64,000 nucleotides of DNA, from positions 2,048,001 through 2,112,000 of the forward strand of contig CAWGVS010000005.1 of NCBI GenBank assembly GCA_963826115.1, in the 5' to 3' direction. The stretch's first letter is position 1, and each line of letters begins with the position of its first letter. Below, one piece after another: positions 29,416 through 38,973 of this stretch. A program made the translations under genes and the position numbers. The notes under the pieces were generated by a model that worked only from the letters and a program-made list of their open reading frames with translations, was not told the origin of the DNA and did not search any database. This DNA is from an uncultured Candidatus Rokubacteria bacterium (lineage in GTDB: Bacteria > Methylomirabilota > Methylomirabilia > Rokubacteriales > DASRDR01).

Positions 29416-30618
29416 TCACCGCTTGGAATAGGCCGGTGCCGGGTAGGCCAGCGGCTTGGTGGCGAACTCCTTCGGCCAGACCATCTCCTGCTGGCCGTCG
29501 AGCCACTGAAGGAAGGCTCCCTGCACGACGCCCGTGCCGTCGGCGCGGAACTTCACCGGTCCGACCACGGTCATCATGTCCGTGGCGGCGATGGCGTCGC
29601 GCACCTTCTCACGGTCCAGGGCACCGGCCTTCGTGAGCGCCGCCGTCAGGATCTGCACGCACGCGTACGCCGGGCCGGTGATCGGGTCGGAAGGCCGCCC
29701 GATCTTCTTCACGTGCGCGGCGTTCAGCTCGGTCACGCCCGGATACTTGAACGCGTGATGCCAGCCCGGGGCGAACACGACGTAGTCACCGTCCTTGCCG
29801 AGGTTCTTCGACCAGACGGGCGCGTCGGGCGCGCGGATCATGAGCGCCAGCTTGGGATTGAAGTCGAGCTCGTGCATCTGCTTGACGATCGCCATGCCGT
29901 CGGGCGGGGTCGGGAGGGCGAACACCGCGTCGGCCTGAGCCGTCTTGGCCTTCAGGATCAGGTCAGAGTAGTCCTTCGCGCCTGGGGCATACTCACCCTG
30001 GACGACCACTTCGTACCCGGCGGCCTTCCCCGTCTCCACCCACGCCGCGGCCATCTCCCGGCCCCAGTCGGTCTTCTCGAGGAAGAGCGCGACCTTCTTG
30101 GGACGCTCGGCGGCCGGAATCGAGGTCAGCATCGGCACCATCTGCTGGCCGATGTCCGGCGACTTCCAGAACGGGGAGAAGAGGTATCGGAACCCCTGCT
30201 GGTGGATCTTGTGGAGGGCGAAGGCCACGCCAAGATACGGGATCTTGTTCTTCTCGGCCGCAGACGCCGCCGCCGCGTGGAGATCCGAGCCGAACGTGCC
30301 CAGGTACGCCACGACACCCTGCGTGGCCAGGCTCTCGTAGCGGGCCACGGTCTTCGTCGCGTCGGACTCGTCGTCCAGGAGCACGAGCTCGAGCGGCATC
30401 TTCGCCCCGCCCACCGTCACGCCCCCGGCCCGGTTCACGTCCTCGATTGCGAGCTCGTAGCCGACCCGCACCTGTGAGCCCGGAGCCGCGTACCGCCCCG
30501 TCAGCGGCACGACCGCTCCGACCTTGATCGTCTGGGCGGAAACCGCCCCCGGCCAGGCGAGCCAGCCGGTCGCCAACACCGTCACGAGCCCGCTCAGGAT
30601 CCATCCTCGTCGCGTCAT
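29416..30618 (-). CDS. Branched-chain amino acid-type ABC substrate-binding protein
   Basis: Signal peptide, IKVGAVVPLTG, DDESD; upstream of the liv genes. Confidence 0.9.
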   Translation of the reverse strand: MTRRGWILSGLVTVLATGWLAWPGAVSAQTIKVGAVVPLTGRYAAPGSQVRVGYELAIEDVNRAGGVTVGGAKMPLELVLLDDESDATKTVARYESLATQGVVAYLGTFGSDLHAAAASAAEKNKIPYLGVAFALHKIHQQGFRYLFSPFWKSPDIGQQMVPMLTSIPAAERPKKVALFLEKTDWGREMAAAWVETGKAAGYEVVVQGEYAPGAKDYSDLILKAKTAQADAVFALPTPPDGMAIVKQMHELDFNPKLALMIRAPDAPVWSKNLGKDGDYVVFAPGWHHAFKYPGVTELNAAHVKKIGRPSDPITGPAYACVQILTAALTKAGALDREKVRDAIAATDMMTVVGPVKFRADGTGVVQGAFLQWLDGQQEMVWPKEFATKPLAYPAPAYSKR

Positions 30619-30894
30619 TGCGCCCCTCTCTTTCGGTGAGAGCTCCGGGCCAGACGGCGCCGCGCCGAGCGCCCGTGCGTCGGGCGCACCGACCCGGCGC
30701 TCGGCGCCGGCTCGTCGTGCCGTGCCTCGTAGAAGGTGACGTTCAAGAAGCTCGGAGGCGTCGGGGCAACAAGAAGCCGGGCGACCCCGGGCCGACGTCC
30801 ACCGGTGTGTCTCGCGCCCATCTCCCCGATCAGGGCCGCCCACCGATCGCGCCGGCGCCCGGACCGCTTGACAGATTCCATCGAATGGTGTGTG

Positions 30895-30924
30895 ACACTA
30901 GCGAACCAAGCTTGCCGCTGTCAA
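30895..30924 (-). promoter_or_regulatory. Sigma70-type promoter TTGACA-N18-TAGTGT for the liv operon
   Basis: Near-consensus hexamers on the minus strand, about 280 nt upstream of the SBP start. Confidence 0.5.
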
Positions 30925-31221
30925 CACGCCTGCCGGGCGCCCAGTCTGCCAGGTTGCTCGGCAAGCGGCGTGCGTCGGCCCGGGCCGGCCCGGGCCGCGA
31001 GGGAGGATCGTGGCGTCTGTCCAGTCACACGGGAGCGGGACGCATCCCGCATCCGACCATGCCCGCGCCGGACCAGCCAGGATCGCCTCCCCCCCACCAT
31101 CCCGGAGGCGGACCCCAGTAGCTGGCCCAGGCCGAGCGCGGCAGCGCCGCGCCCCCGAAACCGCGACGGCCCGCGCGAGCCGGGAAGATTCCGGCCCCGC
31201 GTGGCGCCAGGAGGTCCCGCG

Positions 31222-32322
31222 ATGACCGCGCCCTACCGCGCCGATCAGGTCGGCAGCTTCCTTCGCCCCGCCGGGCTCCTCCAGGCGCGCAGCGACCCCG
31301 CGACACGGCCCGAGCGCCTGCGGGAACTCGAAGACCGCGCCATCCTCGAGAGCCTCGCCCGCCAGCGCGAGCTCGGGTTCGAGATCTTCACCGACGGGGA
31401 GCTCCGGCGCTCGAACTTCATGAGCGACTTCTGGGACGCGGTGGCCGGCCTCGACCACGGCAACGCCGTGGCCCGGACGTGGCAGGCCGGCGGCGCGGCC
31501 GAGGCCCCCGTGAGCCGGGTCACCGGCATCGTGACGCAGAAGCTGCGGCAGCTCCGACGGCTCACCGCGCACGAGCTCCCGTTCATGAAGCAGCACAGCC
31601 CCGGCGCGATCAAGATCACCCTTCCGAGCGCTACGCAGTTCCCCGCCATCACCTACAAGCGAGGCATCTCCGACCGCGCCTACGCGAGCCCGTCCGAGTT
31701 TCTGTGGGACGTCGTGGCGATCCTGAAGGCCGAGGTGCGGGCGCTCGTCGACGACGGGGTCTCGTACATCCAGATCGACGCGCCCCGGTACAGCTACTAC
31801 ATGGACCCGAAGTGGCGCGAGTGGATCCGCACCGAGATGGGCCAGGACCCCGAAGCGGCGCTGGACGAGGCGGTCCGAGCGGACAACCAGTGCCTGGAGG
31901 GGGCGCACCGGCCGGGTGTGACCCTCGCCATCCACCTCTGCCGAGGCAACAACCGGAGCCACTGGTACGCCGAGGGCGGCTACGACGCCATTGCCGAGAA
32001 GCTCTTCACCACGCTCGACGTCGACCGCTTCCTCCTCGAGTACGACGACGCGCGCTCCGGAACGTTCGAGCCGCTCCGGTTCGTGCCCCCTGGGAAGGCG
32101 GTCGTGCTCGGTCTGGTCTCGAGCAAGTTGCCGAAGCTCGAGTCGCCCGCCGAGCTGCGCCAGCGCGTCGAGGCCGCGGCGCGCCACGTCCCGCTGGACA
32201 ACCTCGCGCTCTCGCCGCAGTGCGGCTTCGCCTCGACGATGGAGGGCAACCTCCTCACCGAGTCTGACCAGTGGGCGAAGCTCGGCCTGGTCGTGAGGAC
32301 GGCGCGCGAGGTCTGGGGCTAG
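31222..32322 (+). CDS. Core cobalamin-independent methionine synthase-like protein (YxjH-type)
   Basis: RADQVGSFLRP, TDGELRR, HLCRGN, LEYDD, SPQCGFAS. Confidence 0.88.
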   Translation: MTAPYRADQVGSFLRPAGLLQARSDPATRPERLRELEDRAILESLARQRELGFEIFTDGELRRSNFMSDFWDAVAGLDHGNAVARTWQAGGAAEAPVSRVTGIVTQKLRQLRRLTAHELPFMKQHSPGAIKITLPSATQFPAITYKRGISDRAYASPSEFLWDVVAILKAEVRALVDDGVSYIQIDAPRYSYYMDPKWREWIRTEMGQDPEAALDEAVRADNQCLEGAHRPGVTLAIHLCRGNNRSHWYAEGGYDAIAEKLFTTLDVDRFLLEYDDARSGTFEPLRFVPPGKAVVLGLVSSKLPKLESPAELRQRVEAAARHVPLDNLALSPQCGFASTMEGNLLTESDQWAKLGLVVRTAREVWG

Positions 32323-32458
32323 TCCCCCCGTCGGCGGCGCCGCACGGACGCGGCCTTGCCCATCGGGGGCGTAGTCGTCTATTCTGCCCTCGTTCTAAAG
32401 CCACCCGGCGAGGACGGCGCCGTGCGGAGTGGCGCGCGCCTCGCGTAGGAGGGACGCC

Positions 32459-34093
32459 ATGGATCGTGCGCGAGCTCGGTACTCCAGCATCGCCACCCTG
32501 CCTGTCCTGTGGGGGCTCGTCGTCACCGTGCTGTCGGTCGGGCTCGGGAGTGTCGCGCCCGGGCGCGTCGAGGGCGCGGACCCGGTGCCCGGTGGCACCC
32601 TCGTCATCGCGCTCGACCAGGAACCCCCGACGCTCGATCCCCACGCGTCCCCGTCGGCGGTCACCTATCAGATCATCGCCTCGGTGACCGAGAGCCTCCT
32701 CTATCACGGTCGGGACGGCAAGCTCGTGCCGTGGCTGGCCGAGTCCTGGACCCCGTCGGCCGACGGGCGGAGTGTCACGTTCAAGCTCCGCCGGGACGTC
32801 AAGTTCCACGACGGGACACCTTTCAACGCCGCCGCGGTGAAGTTCAACTTCGACCGGATCGTGGACCCCAACTACAAAGCCGGGGGCTCGCGGGCCCAGC
32901 TGGCCGGCTACGCGGAGTCCACCGTGATCGACGAGTACACCGTCCGGGTCAGCTTCCAGGCTCCCAACGCCCCGTTCGTCACCTACGCGGGCGCGGGCAC
33001 CCTGAGCCTCGTCTCCCCGAAGGCTGTGCGGGAGCTGGGCGACCAGTTCCACACCCAGCCCGTCGGGACCGGCCCCTTCATGGTCAAGGAATACGTGGCC
33101 AAGGACCACGCGACGATCGTCCGCAATCCGGCCTACACGCGGAAGGCGCCGTGGAGTGACCGGGCCGGGCCCGCGTACCTCGACGCCATCGTCTGGAAGT
33201 TCGTCCCGGAGGCCGGGACTCGCGTCACGACGCTCGAGAGCGGCGAGACCCAAGGGATCTACCTCGTCCCCGCCCAGGCGCTCCCGCGCCTGGAGAAGGA
33301 CCCGAACATGCGCGTCGAGAAGATGCCGTGGCCGGGAGCACCCCGCATCTGGATGCTCAACGTGACCAAGCCGCCGCTCGACGACATTCGAGTGCGCCAG
33401 GCCATCAACTACGCGGTCGACAAGGAAGCTTTCCTCGCGACCGTCTACAAGGGCACTGCGGTCCGCGCAGCCGCGCCGCTCACCGCCGTCATGCTGGACG
33501 AGCCAGCGGTGCGTCAGGCGTACCCCTTCGACCAGGCCAAGGCCAAGGCTCTCCTCGGCGAGGCCGGGTGGCAGCCGGGCGGAGACGGAATCCGCCAGAA
33601 GGCCGGCCAGCGCCTCGAGCTCGTGCTGAACGCCATCGAGTACGGCGGCGGCGCAGATCCCACGGCCCAGCTCATCCAGGCGTCGCTCCGCGACGTCGGA
33701 ATCGACCTCAAGATCAAGGCCCAGGCGCGCCCGCCGTTCTACGAGGACAACTACCGCTGCTCGACCCACGGGCCGGTGATGTTCTTCCGGGCCACCGACC
33801 CCGACGCGTTGTTCTCGCTGTTCCACTCGTCGCTCGTCGGCCAGAACTTCAACTGGTCCTGCTACAAGAGCGCGAAGGCCGACCAGCTCCTCGACCAGGG
33901 CCGGCGCGAGTCCGACGCCGCGAAGCGTCGCGCCGTCTACGTCCAGCTCACGCGGCTCCTCCTCGACGACGCGGCCAGCGTCCCGCTCGTCGACGAGCTG
34001 GCGGTGTGGGCGTTCCGGGCCACCGTGCAGGGCACCAAGTACAACTTCAATGCCTACCCGGTACTGAGCGACGCCCACCTCGTCCGGCGGTAG
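32459..34093 (+). CDS. ABC peptide/nickel family 5 substrate-binding protein
   Basis: LAESW, FKLRRDVKFHDGTPF, GTGPF, VRQAINYAVD. Confidence 0.92.
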   Translation: MDRARARYSSIATLPVLWGLVVTVLSVGLGSVAPGRVEGADPVPGGTLVIALDQEPPTLDPHASPSAVTYQIIASVTESLLYHGRDGKLVPWLAESWTPSADGRSVTFKLRRDVKFHDGTPFNAAAVKFNFDRIVDPNYKAGGSRAQLAGYAESTVIDEYTVRVSFQAPNAPFVTYAGAGTLSLVSPKAVRELGDQFHTQPVGTGPFMVKEYVAKDHATIVRNPAYTRKAPWSDRAGPAYLDAIVWKFVPEAGTRVTTLESGETQGIYLVPAQALPRLEKDPNMRVEKMPWPGAPRIWMLNVTKPPLDDIRVRQAINYAVDKEAFLATVYKGTAVRAAAPLTAVMLDEPAVRQAYPFDQAKAKALLGEAGWQPGGDGIRQKAGQRLELVLNAIEYGGGADPTAQLIQASLRDVGIDLKIKAQARPPFYEDNYRCSTHGPVMFFRATDPDALFSLFHSSLVGQNFNWSCYKSAKADQLLDQGRRESDAAKRRAVYVQLTRLLLDDAASVPLVDELAVWAFRATVQGTKYNFNAYPVLSDAHLVRR

Positions 34094-34308
34094 CTGGCTT
34101 GGAGGGGGACTCTCCCCCCACCGCCTTCGACCGTCACCGCGGGCGCTCACCGGCCGAAGACCGTCGGATGATCGCGGTCTTCGGCGGCGACAGGGCATCG
34201 GGGCGGGGCTCCCCGGCCTGGGGCGGGCACTCCTCCGTCCCTCGTGATGGACCGGCCGTGAGCTGGGGGACGAGGGCAACCGCCCTCTCCCCTGTGGCCT
34301 GACGGTCG

Positions 34309-35232
34309 GTGCTCACGTTCGTCGTCGCTCGCAGCCTGGCCTGCGTACCCGTTCTCGCCGGGGTGACACTGGCGGTCTTCAGCCTCCTCTTCCTCATACC
34401 CGGTGACCCCGTGAAGATGATGCTGGCCGAGTTCGTCACCTCTCCCGAGCAGGTCGCGCGGATGCGGTCGCAACTCCATCTGGACGAGCCGATCCTCGTC
34501 CAATACGGACGCTTCGTGGGCCACGCCGTCGTGGGCGACCTCGGAACTTCGATCAGGAGCCGCCGACCGGTCGCCCAGGAGATCAGCGAGAACCTCGGGA
34601 GCACGGCCGTCCTGGCGACGGCGAGCATGGCGGTCGCGGTGGTGCTCGGCGTGGCGCTGGGGCTGGTCGCCGCCATCTTCCGTAACTCGTGGCTCGACGT
34701 CCTCGCCATGCTCGTGGCGCTGCTCGGGGTGTCGATGCCCAGCTTCTGGCTCGGTCTCCTCATGATCCTGGGATTCTCGCTCCATCTCGGCTGGTTCCCC
34801 GCAACCGGCGGGGGCGACGCTCGCCACCTCGTCATGCCGGCGCTCACCCTCGGGCTCATCGCCTCGGCGATCATCGCGCGGCTGACCCGCTCCTCCCTGC
34901 TGGAGGTCCTGGGGCAGGACTACGTCCGCACGGCGCGGGCCAAGGGCCTGGGGGGGTGGAGCGTCATCGTCCGGCACAGCCTCGCCAACGCCCTCATCCC
35001 TATCGTCACGATCTTTGGCCTCCAGTTCGGCAACCTCCTGGCGGGGGCCGTCATCGTGGAAACCGTCTTCAGCCGCCCCGGGCTTGGCCGGCTCCTCGTC
35101 GGCGCCATCCTCAACAAGGACTTTCCCCTGGTTCAAGGAACGATCCTGTTCGTGGCCATCGCCTATGTGCTCCTCAACCTCCTGGTGGACCTGGCCTATG
35201 CCGTACTCGATCCGCGGATCCGTCTCCGCTAG
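34309..35232 (+). CDS. ABC peptide permease (DppB-like)
   Basis: PGDP, GDLGTS, DYVRTARAKGL, LDPRIR. Confidence 0.92.
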   Translation: MLTFVVARSLACVPVLAGVTLAVFSLLFLIPGDPVKMMLAEFVTSPEQVARMRSQLHLDEPILVQYGRFVGHAVVGDLGTSIRSRRPVAQEISENLGSTAVLATASMAVAVVLGVALGLVAAIFRNSWLDVLAMLVALLGVSMPSFWLGLLMILGFSLHLGWFPATGGGDARHLVMPALTLGLIASAIIARLTRSSLLEVLGQDYVRTARAKGLGGWSVIVRHSLANALIPIVTIFGLQFGNLLAGAVIVETVFSRPGLGRLLVGAILNKDFPLVQGTILFVAIAYVLLNLLVDLAYAVLDPRIRLR

Positions 35233-36046
35233 CCGGCTCCTCCGTCACCGGGGAGCGCAGGTCGGCCTCGCGATCCTCGGCCTCCTGGTCGTCCTCGCGG
35301 CCGCGGCACCGTGGCTCAGCCCCCACGATCCGATTCGGACCGCGCCTCGCGACGCCCTGCGGCCGCCGGGCGCCACCTTCCCCCTCGGGAGCGACCAGTA
35401 CGGACGCGACGTCCTGAGCCGCGCCCTCCACGGCGCCCGCATCTCGCTCGTCGTCGGTCTCGTCTCCGTTTCCATCGCGATCGGGCTCGGGGCGCCGATC
35501 GGCCTCGCCTCGGGCTACTACGGGGGCCGGCTCGACCTCGTGCTGATGCGGTTCGTGGACGTCATGCTGGCTTTCCCGGGCATCCTGCTCGCGCTGGCGA
35601 TCGTGAGCGTCTTGCGCCCGAGCCTGGCCAACCTCATGATCGCGGTCGGGGTCGCCGCGGGACCAACGTACGCCCGCCTCGTTCGCGCCAGCGTGCTCGC
35701 CGCCAAGGAGCAGCTCTACGTCGAGGCCGCCCGCGCCGTCGGCTGCCCCGACCGGGGCATCCTCGTCCGCTACCTCCTGCCCAACGTCGTCGCGCCGCTC
35801 ATCGTGACTGCGACCCTCGGCCTGGGCACCGCGATCCTGTCCGCAGCGGCCCTGTCCTTCCTCGGGCTCGGGAGTCAGCCACCCGAGCCCGAGTGGGGCC
35901 GAATGCTCTCCGAGGGCCGCGACTACCTCCGCGAGGCGTGGTGGATCGCGACCTTCCCGGGCCTGGGCATCATGGCCACCGTGCTCGGAATGAACCTGCT
36001 GGGCGACGGACTGCGCGACGTCCTGGACCCGCGTCTGCGGGAATGA
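35198..36046 (+). CDS. ABC peptide permease (DppC-like)
   Basis: LGSDQYGRD, YVEAARAVG, PEWG, GDGLRDVLDPR; start approximate. Confidence 0.88.
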   Translation: MPYSIRGSVSASRLLRHRGAQVGLAILGLLVVLAAAAPWLSPHDPIRTAPRDALRPPGATFPLGSDQYGRDVLSRALHGARISLVVGLVSVSIAIGLGAPIGLASGYYGGRLDLVLMRFVDVMLAFPGILLALAIVSVLRPSLANLMIAVGVAAGPTYARLVRASVLAAKEQLYVEAARAVGCPDRGILVRYLLPNVVAPLIVTATLGLGTAILSAAALSFLGLGSQPPEPEWGRMLSEGRDYLREAWWIATFPGLGIMATVLGMNLLGDGLRDVLDPRLRE

Positions 36047-36193
36047 CCGGAGGCATTCCCGCAGACGCGGAGCAGCTTGGCGTGGGGATTCCGTGACGGC
36101 GCAGGGCCGGCCTTCCTCCGCAGGCTCCGCCTCGCAGGAACGAACGCGTCCCGTGGACACAGCGCGGTTGGCGCGGTGCCGCGGCGGGCCGCC

Positions 36194-37729
36194 ATGGATA
36201 CCGTCAGGCGCCTTGACCGCCTGCCCACGGTTCTTCCACACTTGGCGGCAAAGATGATCATCCACGTGAATCACATGGGGCCCGGAGGATCCGGGCCGGC
36301 AGCCGTCGACGCGCGGGCCGCCGAGGTCGTCCGCACCCTCCTCGGGCTCGTCGCGACCGGCCACGGAGACCCACGCCTCCTGCCGAGCCTCCGCGTCCAC
36401 CTCGACTGGATCCAGTACCGCGCCAACTTCCGCGAGCCGATCCTCGTCCGGCGGGCGGCCGACCGCCGGGAGGACGATCGCCCGTGGCCGAGGTCGCCGT
36501 GGACGTCCGGCGGGTCGACCCGCCGACCTTGAGCGAGGCGCTCGCTCGGCGCTCGGGACGCCGCGACCGACGGCGCCGGAGAGCCGGCCCGAACGACGCG
36601 GGGCGCCCTCGAGGACGTGGCGCCCGTCCGCGGGACAGCGTGATCTGGCGGTTCAACCGGCTCTTCTGGCAGCAGGTCTCGGCCTGGGAGGTCGCGGCCG
36701 GCCGCCGCTTCGAGGAGGCCCTGCCCAGCGGCCAATCGGACGCCAGCCATCCCGAGGCGGTGGCGGACTCGGTCGCCGACTTCTGGACGCTCCTGCGCGA
36801 TCTCGAGAAGAAGGGCCACCTCCCGGCCGAGGTGTTCGCGCTCGAGATCGGCGTGGGCATCGGCGCCACGCGCGGCGCTCTGGCTCGACCGCTTCCGGCG
36901 CCCTCGACGAGGAGCGCGGGACCAGCTACTACCCCCGCCTCCGGTTCCTCCTGGGCGACTACGCGCTCCCCACGCTGAACGGGCCCTGGCGTCCTGGGCC
37001 GCCACCGGGAGATCGTCAGCGTGATCCCCATGGACGCGCTGGATCCGCTGAAGACCCTGTCGTTCCTCCGCTACAAGGTCCTGTACGTCCACCTCACCAA
37101 CGTCTACGACAACCTGCCGCACGACGAGGTGGTGCGCCGGGACGGCCGGCTGTACCTGGTGGAGGTGCGAGCCTAGCTTCCGCCGCGAGGACGTGCGAGG
37201 GGATCGCCGCCGTCCGGGCTGTCCCGGCCGAGGTGGGCCCCGAGACGGTGGAGCGGCTGCTCCGGGCCGGGCCGGAGGCGCTCGGCGACCGGCGCGCGGG
37301 GGTGGCCTTCTGGCGGGCGGCGTGGGACGGCGCTCCGGCTGGAGGAGCGCCTGGTCGGCGCTCGAGGACTCTGCAGGTGCCGCTGCCGCCGGGCCTCGAG
37401 CAGGCCACCTCGAGGACCTCCTCGCCGGCGCGCCCGACGACGTCCGCTTCCACCTCTCCCGCGGCGCGGCGGAGAGCTTCGTCCACACCGTGCCGCTCTT
37501 GCACCCGCGCGGCTACCTGCAGGTGCAGGACATCTTCGTCACCGACATGCACGAGTACCGCCAGGGCTTCCGGGGACCCGGAAAGCTCGACGGCTCGGTG
37601 GTGAACTGGGTCAACGGCGCCCTGCTGCGCGCCATCGGCGCGCGGACGGGGTTCGACGTGCACTTTGCGCCGTTCCGGTATCGCCCGGGATCGCGGACGT
37701 CGATCCTCTACACCACACCGCGCGAGTGA
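36194..37729 (+). CDS. Uncharacterised protein of about 500 aa with SAM-methyltransferase-like motif; several frameshifts and an in-frame TAG near 37174
   Basis: Protein-like segments across frames: HLDWIQYRANFREP, FNRLFWQ, ALEIGVG, FLLGDY, HLTNVYDNLPHDE, GYLQVQDIF, FRGPGKLDGSVVNWVNG. Confidence 0.6.
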
Positions 37730-37783
37730 GGGGGCCAGGTCTTGACTCTGCCTTCGACGGCGCGTTCCGAGCCAGGGAGCACG

Positions 37784-38797
37784 ATGTCAAAGTCAAAGCC
37801 TGACCCCATCCTGCTCACGGCCGTGGTCGGCAGCTACTCGATGTCCGGCTGGCTCGAGCGGGTCAAGAACGACTATCTCCACCGTCGCCTCTCCCGGCAC
37901 GACCTCGAGGAGATCCACGACGCGGCGGTCAAGGCGGCGATCAAGGACCAGGAGGCGGCGGGGGTTGACATCGTCTCCGACGGGGAGCTGCGCCGGGACA
38001 ACATGATCGACCACTTCACGACGCGGCTCCCGGGGGTGCAGATCGACCACGCGTCGAAGAAGTTCTACTACGACTTCTACGACTGCGCGGTCCGGGGGCG
38101 GCTGCCGACCGGGTCGCTCGGCCTGGTCGACGAGTTCCGATTCCTCCGCCGCTTCACCGAGCACCGTGCCAAGGTGTCCGTGACGGGGCCGCTCTCCCTC
38201 GTCAAGCGCATCCGGAACGAGTACTACCCGAGCGAAGAGGCGCTCGCCCTCGACATCGCCCGGGTCATGAACGTGGAGCTCCGCGAGCTGGTGCGGGCGG
38301 GGGCCGCCGACATCCAGGTGGACGAGCCTTACTATTCGGGCTTCCCCGAGGATCTGCCGTGGGCGGTGCGGGCCCTGAACGCCCTCGTCGACGGGGTCCT
38401 GGCGCAGGTGTCCCTCCACGTCTGCTACGGGAACCGCTACGGAAAGCCGTCCTGGGAAGGAAGCTACCGTTACCTGTTTCCGGCGATCCTCGAGGCCCGC
38501 ATCCACCAGCTGACGCTCGAGTTCGCCCGGCGAGGCGAGGACGACGTCCGGCTGTTCAAGGACTTCGCTCCGCAGTTCTCGCTCGGGCTTGGCGTCGTCG
38601 ACGTCAAGAGCCACGACGTCGAGACGCCGGCCGTCGTCGCCGAGCGCATCCGGGCCGCCCTCGAGCTCGTGCCCGCCAAGGGGCTGGCCGTCAACCCCGA
38701 CTGCGGCCTGATGCACCTCCCGCGCGACGTCGCCTTCGCGAAGCTCAGCGCGATGGTGGAGGGCACTCGGCTCGTGCGCGCGGAGCTCGGCGGCTGA
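37784..38797 (+). CDS. Core methionine synthase-like protein (MetE C-terminal domain only)
   Basis: VVGSY, SDGELRRDN, QVDEP, HVCYGN, LEFA, GVVDVK, NPDCG. Confidence 0.88.
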   Translation: MSKSKPDPILLTAVVGSYSMSGWLERVKNDYLHRRLSRHDLEEIHDAAVKAAIKDQEAAGVDIVSDGELRRDNMIDHFTTRLPGVQIDHASKKFYYDFYDCAVRGRLPTGSLGLVDEFRFLRRFTEHRAKVSVTGPLSLVKRIRNEYYPSEEALALDIARVMNVELRELVRAGAADIQVDEPYYSGFPEDLPWAVRALNALVDGVLAQVSLHVCYGNRYGKPSWEGSYRYLFPAILEARIHQLTLEFARRGEDDVRLFKDFAPQFSLGLGVVDVKSHDVETPAVVAERIRAALELVPAKGLAVNPDCGLMHLPRDVAFAKLSAMVEGTRLVRAELGG

Positions 38798-38880
38798 ATC
38801 CACACGCCGCTCCGATGCGCTTCAAGTGTCTATCGTATGGCTCTTAACGTGTGGCGCCCTGCCGCGTACGCCGAACTTCG

Positions 38881-38959
38881 TCCGATCGAGGCCGTCCGAT
38901 CCGCCGAACGTGGAGCCCCAGGGCACCACAAGCTGAGGGCCATCCGATCGAGGCCGTCC
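38881..38959 (+). repeat. Two identical 17-bp direct repeats TCCGATCGAGGCCGTCC (38881-38897, 38943-38959)
   Basis: Read directly; the second copy abuts the TAAGAT -10-like element upstream of metF. Confidence 0.85.
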
Positions 38960-38973
38960 TATAAGATGGCCTA

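Noticed and set aside
30619-31221. Long divergent spacer before the liv operon and MetE-like gene as a possible SAM or B12 riboswitch
   Set aside because: Could not find SAM-I, SAM-II or B12-box signatures by eye
34095-34300. GGGGG...CCCCC hairpins, with a similar one near 47613, as a REP family
   Set aside because: Copies share too little sequence to define a repeat family within this window
38881-38959. 17-bp repeat pair as a mini CRISPR
   Set aside because: Only two short copies, no cas genes
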